From positions 2,976,001 through 3,040,000 of the forward strand of contig NC_073410.1 in the NCBI RefSeq assembly GCF_028641065.1: a stretch of 64,000 bases of DNA, read 5' to 3'. The notes beneath the pieces were generated by a model, which worked only from the letters and a program-made list of their open reading frames with translations, was not told where the DNA came from and did no database searches. Both the position numbers and the translations under genes were made by a program. The DNA is from Leucoraja erinacea (Eukaryota). Positions 13,327 through 24,856 of this stretch are shown piece by piece (the first letter of the stretch is position 1; each line of letters opens with the position of its first letter).

Positions 13327-13907
13327 TAGAAACATAGAAACTAGGTGCAGGAGTAGGCCATTTGGCCCTTCGAGCCTGCACCGCCATTCAATATGATCAT
13401 GGCTGATCATCCAACTCAGTATCCTGTACCTGCTTTCTCTCCATACCCCCTGATCCCTTTAGCCACAAGGGCCACATCTAACTCCCTCTTAAATATAGCC
13501 AATGAACTGGCCTCAACTACCTTCTGTGGCAGAGAATTCCAGAGATTCACCACTCTCTGTGTGTGAAAAATGTTTTCCTCATCTCAGTCCTAAAAGATTT
13601 CCCCCTTATCCTTAAACTGTGATCCCTTGTTCTGGACTTCCCCAACATCGGGACCAATCTTCCTGCATCTAGCCTGTCCAACCCCTTAAGAATTTTGTAA
13701 GTTTCTATAAGAACCCCCCTCAATCTTCTAAATTCTAGCCGAGTCCATCCACTCTTTCTACATATGAAAGTCCTGACATCCCAGGAATCAGTCTGGTGAA
13801 CCTTCTCTGTACTCCCTCTATGGCAAGAATGTCCTTCCTCAGATTTGGAGACCAAAACTGTACGCAATACTCCAGGTGTGGTCTCACCAAGGCCCTGTAC
13901 AACTGCT
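13327..13907 (-). mobile_element. CR1/HER1 LINE 3' fragment, tail-to-tail with the preceding copy
   Basis: LYRALVRPHLEYCVQFWSPNLRKDILAIEGVQRRFTRLIPGM; ATAGAAAC tail. Confidence 0.9.
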
Positions 13908-14140
13908 TGGGAGAGACATCAACTAACATCAGAAGCAGAGGCTCCACCTGCTGGTCTCCCCCTCACACTGCAACTTCCCACAGCCAGTGTTGTTCAGGTA
14001 TCAGAATTCTTGCAGCAGGAACTCCAAAGGCAGCCAGGTCTCCAGGAATGGCTTGGAATAGCCTGGACATCAATATTTATCAACGGCTGCAAGCAAACCA
14101 AAAAGATAAGAAAAAGCAGAAGAAACTACTTGCAAAGAGT

Positions 14141-14266
14141 TTAAGAAGGAACTGCAGATTCTGGAAAATCGAAGGTACACAAAAAAGCTGGAGAAACTCA
14201 GTGGGTGCAGCAGCATCTATGGAGCGAAGGAAATAGGCAATGTTTCGGGCTGAAACCCTTCTTCAG
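14141..14266 (-). mobile_element. Penelope-like terminal element
   Basis: TSD ACTTGCAAAGAGT at 14128-14140 and 14267-14279. Confidence 0.7.
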
Positions 14267-14491
14267 ACTTGCAAAGAGTGATGGACACTCCCCACCATCG
14301 AAGGGAAGGGATTGACAGGACTCGCTGCCTCAAAAAGGTAGCCAGCATATGGGGAGGAGGCAGAAACAGGGTACTGATTGTGGATGATCGGCCATGATCA
14401 CATTGAATGGCTGTGCTGGCGTGAAGGGCCAAATGGCCTTCTCCTGCACCTATTGTCTATTTTGTGTCTGTATGAGAACAGTTATCCTTGC

Positions 14492-14624
14492 GTCTGAAGA
14501 AGGGTCTCGACCCGAAATGTCACCCAATCTTTCTATCGAGAGAAGCTGCCTATCCCGCTGAGTTACTCCAGCATTTTATGTCTAACTTTAGTTTAAACCA
14601 GTATCTGCAGTTCCTTCCTACACA
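14492..14624 (+). mobile_element. Penelope-like terminal element, hammerhead core 14494-14521
   Basis: CTGAAGAAGGGTCTCGACCCGAAATGTC. Confidence 0.65.
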
Positions 14625-15053
14625 TCCATGCTCCCATTTCCGAGCTACACTGGTTTACATGCCTCACCCCGAGATTCATGAATGGATATTCACACACAGT
14701 TCCTCCCCTAACATCATACTTCTCCCACAGACTTTATAACTAAATTGCCGACAGACATCAACACTACGCCTTTAACATCAGGGAGATAGATGTTCTTATC
14801 CTATCTCCTGGATCAGAGTCCACAATGAACTATGGAGAATACGATCTAGCTCCTCAAATACATTCTGACCCGAAGCAATTCTTGCAGACACTGATCCCAG
14901 AGTAACTGGAGTCTCTAAAGGTTCAGAACTTTAATGAAAAAAGCCACAGATAAGGAAACTTCTAATTTCTTCAACAGTGTAGGACTTCTTCTTATCGAGT
15001 CCACACACAAGATTAGAAGATGTTCAGCCAGAGCTGAACACACATCTTGGCAA

Positions 15054-15238
15054 TAGACAAAAGTGCTGGAGAAACTCAGCGGGTGCAGCAGCATCTATGG
15101 AGTGAAGGAAATAGGCAACGTTTCGGGACGAAACGTTGCCTATTTCCTTCGCTCCATAGATGCTGCTGCACCCGCTGAGTTTCTACAGCACTTTTGTCTA
15201 CCTTCGATTTTCCAGCATCTGCAGTTCCTTCTTAAACA
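15054..15238. mobile_element. Palindromic Penelope-like element lacking the CTGAAGA core
   Basis: Near-perfect inverted arms centred on AACGTTTCG-GGA-CGAAACGTT (~15117-15137). Confidence 0.75.
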
Positions 15239-17362
15239 CTTCTCGGCATCTGCATACAATGGTCTCCATCTTGTGCTTCTTGTGCATGGTGGTGGAGTTT
15301 GGTGGAAACTGGGCCGCGACGTGAACGCTCTTTCCTTGACCCCAGTTTAGGACTGAGCTGTTGCCTAATTATCTGTACTTTAGGCCCTAGAACAGTACAG
15401 CACAGGAACAGGCCCTTCTGCCCACAATGTTGGTGACGAACATGATACCAAGATCAATTAATCTCATTTATTTTCAAATGATTCATTTGCCTCCATTCCA
15501 TGCATATCCATGTGCCCATCGAAATCCCTCTTAGATGACACTATGATATCTGTCTTCGCCACCATCTCTGGCACTCACCAACCTTCATCAAACCCAATTC
15601 ACCCACTCCCATCAACTGCAACAAAGACACACACTCAGTCAAACATGATGATGGACAGAAATCGCTGGAGTAACTCAGCTGGTCAGATTCAGATTCAATC
15701 TTTATTGTCATTGTGCAGTGTACAGTACAGAGACAACGAAATGCAGTTAGCATCTCACCCAGAAGAGCGAACATAGAATAATGAACAGTAAAATAAAATA
15801 TATATATCTCTGGATAAAAAGGGTGATGTTTCCGGTCGAGACCCTTCTTCAGAAGCAAGGATGATTGATCTCATACAAATAGACACAAAATGCTGGAGTA
15901 ACTCAGCGGGTCAGGCAGCAACTCTGGAGGAAGGATGGGTGACATTTCGGGTTGGAACATGTGAAAGATGGCAATTCAGACTGTGCAGCCCTTCCTCAGA
16001 GTTTCATGAGAACGCCAGCCTAGATTATGTCTGTGCGGTGAGATTTGAATACGGAATTGTAACTCAGACAAGAGCAACCTATCATTAAACCAAGGCTGCG
16101 GCTTGAAGCATTGCAATTACAGCCCAAGTAAAGACAACTCGGAGAACTCCCGTAGTGTTGATTGAAGGTGTGGATCGAGCGGAGAATAAGGTAGAGGTGA
16201 GGTCCATGGCAGGTCTGGGTGAGTGAGTCACTCCAGCATGTGGCGCTTGTCTTTTCGAGGCCGCTCAGCTTTTGCATTCAGTGCCTGTGGCACTTTGTGT
16301 GACGTTGCTCTCATCTCTCATCACACTTTGAAGTTCAGCCACTCACTTGATTGAAGAACAAGAAAGGTTAACTCCCAAATCAAATCCAATCATCTAAATT
16401 TGATGTGGAGGTTGTTCAAACGCTTCTCTACATTTGTACAAGCTTTGGAAGTTAAGTTTGATTCCTGCCTCCAGCCTCCAGGAATCGAATGGCTTCGAAA
16501 AATAAAAGTGCATAAATATGCAATCTTTAAATTATGACATAGTGACACAAATAACTCAATGGGTCAGCAAGGGAACACAGATAGGCGACGTTTCGGCTGG
16601 GAACTTTCGACATGATGCATGTTTTGATTAACATGATACAATAAATGATCATTGAATCATTGAACCCTGAAAGTTATTTGCATATATAGAGCTCTTGACT
16701 TTCAGAATCAAATCCAAGAACATAGACTATAGAACAGTGCGGGACATGAACAGGCCCTTTGGTCCACATGTTTGTGGTGAGCAGGATGCCATGACCAACT
16801 CTTATCTGCCTGCATAGAATTGATATCCTCCAACATATCCATATGCCTCTGCAAAAGTCTTCTAAACGCCACTACCATATCTGCCTCCACCATCACGTTC
16901 CAGGTCTATCACCCTCTGTACAAAAAAACTTGTCCCGAGCATCTCCGTTAAACTTTGCCCCTCTCATCGAAAAGCTGCACTCTCTAGTATTTGATATTTC
17001 CATCCTGGGAAAAAGGTCCACCCTATCAGTCTGCCCTCTCTATGCCCCTGTTCCACTAATTAAATTTAATTCACTCCTGCCTTATTTGAATGTTCAATGC
17101 AGTATATCTGTTTCACTCCCTTAGCTTAATTTTTCAACAATCAAATCTAAGAGTGGAAGAATGTACATAGTGATATGTGTGGGCTGAAACTGCAGATGCT
17201 GCTTTAAACCAAAGATAGACACAAATGTGATTAATGCTGATTAATTTTTGAGTCTACTGAAGGATCCTGTTCTGAAATGTCCATTCCCTTCACAGATGCT
17301 GCCTGACCCTCCAGTACTTTTTGTTTTGCACACGATTCCAATATCTGCATTTTCTTGAAGAT

Positions 17363-17547
17363 AGGAACTGCAGATGCTGGTTTACACCGAAGATAGACAC
17401 AAAATGCTGTAGTAACTCAGCGGGCCAAGCAGCATCTCGGGATGAAGGAATGGGTGCGTTTCTGGGTCGAGTCCCATCTTCAGACTGAAGAAGGGTCTCG
17501 ACCCGAAACGTCACCCATTCCTTCTCTTCAGAGATGCTGCCTGTCCC
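17363..17547. mobile_element. Palindromic Penelope-like element with intact plus-strand hammerhead core (17485-17512)
   Basis: Axis TCTTCAG-A-CTGAAGA; CTGAAGA-A-GGGTC-TC-GACCC-GAAA-CG-TC. Confidence 0.75.
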
Positions 17548-19475
17548 GCTGAATTACTACAGCATTAGGGTGGGAAGAAGAATATAATAGAATATGTTTA
17601 TTGTCATTGCACAAAACTGAGCAACGAAAATTCCATTTGCTTCTCCTCCGTTAAAAGAAATACAACACGACACATGGGAGATTGTAACCTTCACCTGGTC
17701 CGTCCTGTTTCAACGAATGCAATCAACCTGGCGTGTACAAACAAATAAGGTGAAATTGAACAAGTTGTTCCACAACTTTAGGCTGTGCACGCCATACGCA
17801 AGAAGAATACTACAGCATTTGTGTCTGTCTCACTACCTCGGTGTCCTTTTAAGAATACAGAGTCCAGAACAGTAAATTCTTCAGTTCAGAGGTGCTGACC
17901 AGAAACATTAAGTCTACTTCTCTCTATGGGTGTGACCTATCCTGCTGACCACATCCACCATTTTACATAAAACATATTAAAGTGTGTTTACTGTAAATGT
18001 TTAGTATTTTGCCTCATTCCTTGTGTCTTCAGTTAATATTGCAGTCAGATAATTAAGTTACTTGAAAAATATTTAGGCACGTATTGGATAATCAACATTT
18101 ATGGACTGCAATGTTTAATTATCCTAAGAAAATGATTAGTTAAAGTCTAATTGATGACACACAGATGAGCAAATCTGTGATATATTACTTTTATTAAATT
18201 CAAGCAGCAATGGGTATATATGGATCCAATATATTATATTAATGACATTATAATTATTTACATCAGTTAAAAGATATTAACTGCTATTAAATATTAATAT
18301 TGCTCATTTTGTTCATACATCTGAGAGAAATGTAATGTAATGTTTGGAGGATATTAATACTCAATGCCATTGAGTAGAAGCAATGCCATTAGTAATGTCC
18401 ACCAACGCAATCTAACAACTCAATCAGCTAAGGACATTAAAGTTATATAATGTCAGTCGGTCCCCTGTAAACATACGATGGGCATTCATCAGTGATGCAA
18501 TGACTAAAATGCATAACGCATTTACGGTAGGACTCGTCTCTCATTTTCCATTCAGACAGATTGCCGCACCTGGATATGTGGCTCAAGCTGAAATAAGCAC
18601 AAACCGCAAGCTTCTGAACAAGTTGAAACCAAGTAAAAGTTGAATGTACAACAGTGCAGCACATGAACAAGCCCTTTTACCCACAATGTATGTGCTGAAC
18701 ATGAAGCCAAGTCAACGGCACGTGATCCATATCCCTCCATTTTATGCATATCCATGGGGCCTATCTACAAGCCTTTAAAATGGCACTATCCTATCTGTGG
18801 CACAATTTGGCACGGTTGGCATTTTTAATTTCGTTGTACATGTTTACATGTTATAATGACAATAAAGAACCTATGTTTTTACCCCAGGCAAAACGTTCCA
18901 GGCACCCACCAACCTCTGTGTAAAAAATGTTCCCCCTCTGGCATCAATGCAACACTCTCTAGTCTATAACATTTCCACCTGGGTACAAGGTTTCGGCCCG
19001 AAACGTTGCCTATTTCCTTCGCTCCATAGATGCTGCTGCACCCGCTGAGTTTCTCCAGCTTTTTTGTGTAACCTTCGATTCTCCAGCATCTGCAGTTCCC
19101 TCTTAAACACAAGGTTCTGATTGTCTACTCTATGCCTCTCACAATTTTACATACTTCTGGGTCTCGCCTCAACCTGTGACACTCCAGAGAAGACACTATG
19201 TGTGCTCTTCAATTAAGAAGATTAAAACATTTTGTAGTCCCCTCTTTTACATGGGAAAACACAATGAATACCTTAAAGCTGGTAATAGAACAATTTTCGA
19301 CAGAAAATAGTGACAATCTTCTTCTGCTTCGACATTCCCGTGTGATGGAGGATGATGTGCTTGCACTCCAGTTTTGTGGGCTCTGAAAGGACGAAATTTA
19401 TTGTCACATGCATCCTTTGTGATATCCTTTGTTTTGCAAGGTACCCAAGGTATGCAAATAGTCACCACACAAAGG

Positions 19476-19841
19476 CCTAAACAGCAACCTCTGGTGACCT
19501 TGCCCGCCACCCAAGGTTTCCATTAGGTCACTGGAGGTTTTGGTCACTCTCCCTAATGGTTTAAAGTGGTTTCCGCGTGGTCGAAGCTTCATCTAGGTTG
19601 CTGCTATTTTTTCATCATCTTTAAAACTGGCCTCGACTAAAAATAGGTTGCCGTTTTAAAAATCAATCATTTTTTCGTCGCAGGTCTAGTCGAAGCCGGT
19701 TTTCTTCATAGTCGAGGAAGGTTTTCAATATATGCGTGGGAGGTGGTAGGTTGCAGGTCACCTCGACCTTGATTTTTTTTTGGGTGGCGGGGCAAGGTCA
19801 CCAGAGGTTGCTGTTTAGGTCTCCTAAATGGGACAGGGGCT
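19476..19841. mobile_element. Non-autonomous DNA transposon (MITE-like) with ~39-bp sub-terminal inverted repeats
   Basis: CCTAAACAGCAACCTCTGGTGACCTTGCCCGCCACCCA (19476-19513) inverted at 19781-19819; right end TGGGACAGGGGC-TTA resembles the end of the 48395 element. Confidence 0.7.
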
Positions 19842-19844
19842 TAA

Positions 19845-20100
19845 CAGTGCCAGAGACCCGGGTTTGATCCTGACTATGGGTCCCATCTGTACGTTCTCCC
19901 CTTGACTGCATGGGCTTTCTCCAGATGCTTTGGTTTCCTCCCTCACTCCAAAGACGTACAGGTTTGTAGGTTAATCTGGCTTCAGTAAAAATTGAAAATT
20001 GTCCCCAGGATGGATAAGTATAGGATAGTGCTAGTGTATAGGGATCGCTGGTCGGCATGGACTCGGTGGGAATGTTTCCGTTCTGTATCTCTAAATTAAA
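19845..20100 (+). mobile_element. HE1-like SINE
   Basis: CCAGAGACCCGGGTTTGATCC head and V-domain. Confidence 0.75.
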
Positions 20101-20374
20101 CTGTATGAACCATCACTGGGTCAGCTTTGAACAAAATGGACTTAAAAATACAGGATTAAATAAACAGTTTAAAAATGATACCGTTGCTGAGATTCTAGCA
20201 CTGTAAACGAAAAGGAACAATTTGCAAGCAATGCTTGTTATTGTTTGCTAAAACATTTTCATGAACAGTATTGAAAGCAGGCTTACAGTGCCCCCTACCA
20301 TAACATAGCACATGGTATTAAAAGAAAATTGATGTATTGAAATTGGGCTTGAGTTTGCTTTTACTTTTGCATAG

Positions 20375-20470
20375 TTTAAGGGAGTTAAAAACTTTCTAGT
20401 TTTTAAATCGGTGTTTTGTACGCTTTAAGGGAATTAAAAACTTTCTAGTTTTTAAATCGGTGTTTTGTAC
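20375..20470 (+). repeat. Tandem duplication, 49-bp period, 2 copies
   Basis: TTTAAGGGA(G/A)TTAAAAACTTTCTAGTTTTTAAATCGGTGTTTTGTAC twice. Confidence 0.9.
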
Positions 20471-20619
20471 ACTCAGTATTCATAACTAAAACAAAGTTTA
20501 CTCGAGACATTTCAGTCACATTGATGTGTAACTTGTAACTTTTAATTATTTCTATGACAAAGCTACTTTCTTTCAAGTGATGGTGAGCGTATTACTTTTC
20601 AACACCTTTCCGATCAGTT

Positions 20620-20885
20620 TTAATTTAGAGATACAGCGAGGAAACAGGCCCTTCAGCCCACACCGACCAGTGATCCCCACACTAACACGATCCTACACAC
20701 ACACACACACTAGGGACAATTTACACTTATACCAAGCCAATGAACCTACAAACCTGTACGTCTTTGGAGTGTGGGAGGAAACCGAAGGTCTCGGAGAAAA
20801 CCCACGGGGAAGAACGTAAAAACTACGTAGACAGCACCCATGGTCAGGATTGAACCCGGGTCTCCGGCGCTGTAAGGCAGCAACC
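20620..20885 (-). mobile_element. HE1-like SINE
   Basis: Reverse-complement similarity to 3440-3720. Confidence 0.75.
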
Positions 20886-21499
20886 CATCACACACTCATA
20901 TTGATTTTTGTTTTAACCATCATCATGCAACTAACATCCACCAGCCAAATGCCACTGTTTTGTACCCTTTCTTCATAGCTGGAATTCTTCAAACGAAATG
21001 AAATTTATGGATTAGAAAAAGGAATTTTTTTAATCAATGAAAACTCACCAAATCCTAGATTTCCCACCAGCTTTAAGGTTCTTTTGTTTCTTAATCATTT
21101 TATATTGAAAAATCAAGCCCGAATTATAGAACAAAATGCTCAAGTATTATTATATAAATATCTGATCTCTTAGAACATTTATTTTGTTAAACCATTGGCT
21201 TGTAAACTTACGATGTGGAAAAAAAGATTGAATATGATTGTTGAGGATGACTACTTGACATAAACGGAATCATTCTCCGTTGACATGGGATTCCATGTTC
21301 TGATTATATCACAGAACTTTTCAATTAAAATGTGAGACATTGCCCTTGATCGCGTGTAATTTAGACTGTCTTTACCCATGTAAATTGAATTCTCAAGCCT
21401 TTAAGAACACTTGAATGAGGCTCTTGCTTTTCATTATCCTCAAACCAAACGGGTGTCGGAAGCAAGACGTACTGCAGCTTAATAGGAAATTGGTTAGGC

Positions 21500-22180
21500 A
21501 GCATCTGGAGCATTGTGTGCAGTTCTGGTTGCCCCATTACAGGAAAGAGATGGAGGCTTTGTAGAGGGTACAGAAAAGACTTGCCAGAATGCTGTCTGGA
21601 TTAGAGGGTATTTGCTATGTGGTTGGACACAGCCATCAGGCTATTAAACTCAACTCAAACAAAACTCTGAACATTAATAGCCCATTATCTGTTTATTTGC
21701 ACTTTATCGGTTTTATTTATTCATGTGTGTATATATTTATATAATGACATATGGACACACTAATCTGTTCTGCCTTCTATATTCTGTTGTGCTGAAGCAA
21801 AGCAAGAATTTCATTGTCCTATCTGGGACACATGACAATAAACTCTCTTGAATCTTGAACATACTTGGATTGTCAGAGGTTGAGGGGTGACCCGATAGAA
21901 GTATACCAAGTAACGAAAGGCATAAGAAGGATAGGAGACTAGAGTTTTTTTCCCTGGTGGTGTGTTCAAAAACAAGATGGCAAAACTTTAAGGAGAGAGG
22001 GGCAACGTTTAAAGATGTCCATGGCGTGCTTTTATATATGTATTTATTTTTACAGAGGGTGGTGTGGGCTTAGACAGCACTGCCAAAGGTGGTGGTGGAG
22101 GCAATGTTAGTGGCATTTAAGACATTTTTTGGTAAGACACATGGATGTACAGAGAATGGAGGGATATGGATCATGTGTGT
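21500..22180 (+). mobile_element. Old CR1 LINE 3' fragment interrupted by another LINE 3' end (21630-21860)
   Basis: HLEHCVQFWLPHYRK-like translation; nested TGACAATAAA-CTTGAATCTTGA tail. Confidence 0.6.
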
Positions 22181-22565
22181 GTGATATGGACGATGAGAGT
22201 GGGGGAACAGCCATGACGGGGAGGGGAAGGACAATGGGGAGGGGAACAGTAGACTCCCGGTGTTGGGGATAGAGAACCTGTGGGGGAGGGAGAACAAAGG
22301 GGAAGCCAGCGTATTTTGTAACTTTGTCAGGGCCATAGGTGGCCGCTATTTGCATACCTTGGGTATGCCCTGAAGGTGGTGCATTTGGGAGGGCAAGTGC
22401 ATGTACTCTGTATTGCTAGAGAATTTGATCAAATCTATAGAGCCTTGGTGATACCTTAAGTTTGAAGATAGTCTGGATAAATCTGGAACTTGGGGCAAAG
22501 TGCTAATGCGAAGGAAGGCAAATTAATGCATTATTAGACGAGTGCTAGGAAGAGTAAAATGGGAG

Positions 22566-22795
22566 GTAGACAAAAGTGCTGGAGAAACTCAGCGGGTGCG
22601 GCAGCATCTGTGGAGTGAAGGAAAAAGGCAATGTGTTGGGCCGAAACCCTTCTTCAGACGAAGAAATCTGAAGAAGGGTTTTGGCCCGAAATGTTGCCTA
22701 TTTCCTTTGCTCCATAGATACTGCCGCACCCACTGAGTTTCTCCAGCACTTTTGTCTACCTTCGATTTTCCAGCATCTGCAGTTCCTTCTTAAAC
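22566..22795. mobile_element. Palindromic Penelope-like element with back-to-back hammerhead cores
   Basis: 16-bp TSD AAGAGTAAAATGGGAG at 22550-22565 and 22796-22811; plus-strand core 22668-22695. Confidence 0.8.
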
Positions 22796-23519
22796 AAGAG
22801 TAAAATGGGAGCAGATGTTAATTGGATAAGTCCACATCTGACATGAGAGCCATTTACAGACCAGCTGATCTGGTCACCCACTGCGCCACTGTCCATCATC
22901 AAGGACACACACCATCCTTGACACACACTCATTTCGCTCCTGCTGTCATGAAGGTGGTGCAGGAGCCAGAAAACTGTAACGTCCAGGTTCTGGAGCAGCT
23001 TCTTCCCATCATCAGGCTATTGAATGCTCCAAACTCCAACCAAACAGCGAACTACAAATTGCTTTGATTGCACTTTGGCCATGTTTTCCTTTAGTACAAT
23101 ATTGTTTTAATTGAACGAACAGCAGTTTTACGCTCCATCCAGCTTTTCATGTCAGTCTTCGGTTTAACCAGCATCTGCAGCTCCTCCTTACACATTTAGC
23201 CATTTAAAAAAAATGTTTGTTTTTTACATGTAGGAACTGCAGATGTTGGTTTAAATCGAAGATAGACACAAAAAGCTAGAGTAACGCAGCAGGACATGCA
23301 GCATCCCTGGAGAGAAGGAATGAAAAAGGGTCTCGAAACAAAATGTTACCCATTCCTTCTCTCCTGAGATGCTGCCTGTCCCGCGGAGTTACTCCAGTTT
23401 TTGTCTCTTTATTTCTTATTGCAAGTAAGAATGTTATTGTTTTGTTCAGCTCATGACAATAATACATTCTCGACTATTTTATCAAATACTCAACGGCATA
23501 GCTTTGGTGCTGAGAGCTC

Positions 23520-23798
23520 TCTTATACCTGCATTAAGCATTTATACACACCTGAGCAATTACAAACACCTGTGAAGCCATGTGTCCCAAGCATTATGGTG
23601 CCCTGAAAAAGGGGGGAATATGTATAAACACTGCTGTAAATTCTACATGGTGAAACCGAAATGTATAAAAATGGCCTTTATTAAAATCTGACAGTGCACT
23701 TTAACCACATGTGATTATATTACAAATCTCAAATTGTGGCGTACAGAGGCAAATAAATAAATGATGGGTCTTTGTCCCAAACATTATGGAGGGCACTG
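23520..23798 (-). mobile_element. Tc1/mariner-like DNA transposon end
   Basis: Reverse strand begins CAGTGCCCTCCATAATGTTTGGGACAAAG; internal related repeat TGTCCCAAGCATTATGG at 23583. Confidence 0.55.
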
Positions 23799-24801
23799 TC
23801 TGCATGTGCTTGGAACTCACTTCCTCAAATTTCAGTGAAAGTCAAGTTTTTTTGAATATTTCTTTGCTTATAGAACAGGTGCAGTAAATGTAACCCAAAC
23901 TAATAAAACCAACAAAAAGGCAGCCAGTATCTAAAACTCACACCACCCAGGCCATGTTTTAATTTTGCTCGTACCAACAGGAAGATGACACAGGACCCTG
24001 GAAAACCATGACCACTACGTTGAAGAACTCCCAGCACCCGTCACGTTCTTGAACACTGCACAACACTAACCTCAGCAACCATGAATCTGACCTGCGACTA
24101 TCTAATATTACCCAAGACCACCTAAGATTACAGTCACTAATTTATTGAATGTTTTGATTGCTATATATTATATGAAAACCCGTGCCAGTGACAGAACTGG
24201 CTGGTGGACAACCACTAGGAAGGCGGTCCGCAGTTTTGAGGACAATTGCTGAAGCCGACTCGATGGTTTCCCAAGACAGGAGGAAAGGCTGCAGCCCTGA
24301 ATCCCCCCACAGCGCCCATCATGTGCTCCCGTGTGTGGCTCGCGTATCGGACTCCTGAGCCACACTGGATCCTACAAGACACGAGACCGCACAACCATAC
24401 TATGGTCGTCTACGCGGGCCACCACCATATTATCTCGGTGCCTTGCATTTACAGGCCTGATAAGCTGGTGTTCCATGTTGCTATAGACCACAATGAATCA
24501 CTCTCGACTCCCTAGCTTCACACAAGTAGCCTACCCACTAGCTGCACACCAGCAGATCATTATAAAATGCCATCACACAACAAATTTGCACAATAAACCT
24601 TAATCTCAGAAAATTATCATTGCTGCACTATTTATATTGGCCAGAACAAATGCATTCTATCCAAAATAATGCCACAAACTTTTTTTTTTTTAAATCATAA
24701 GTTAATATCTTTTATGTACATCCTCAGCAACTCAAACCCATAAACATTAAAAAAAAAACACTATATAACCAAGAGAGGACAACTTTCCAATTTTTATAGC
24801 A

Positions 24802-24807
24802 TTTATT
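24802..24807 (-). terminator. RPS24: RPS24 polyadenylation signal AATAAA
   Basis: AATAAA on minus strand followed by U/GU-rich downstream sequence. Confidence 0.75.
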
Positions 24808-24826
24808 TGAGCACGAGGACAAATAA

Positions 24827-24856
24827 TCAGAGATGACGATCCATGGTTAAATCAGC
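24827..24856 (-). CDS. RPS24: RPS24 terminal exon (coding as ADLTMDRHL* only if no stop-containing cassette is included; otherwise 3' UTR to ~24785)
   Basis: Acceptor TTTCTTTTCACCAACAG|GCT; AATAAA ~50 nt downstream. Confidence 0.65.
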   Translation of the reverse strand, partial: ADLTMDRHL

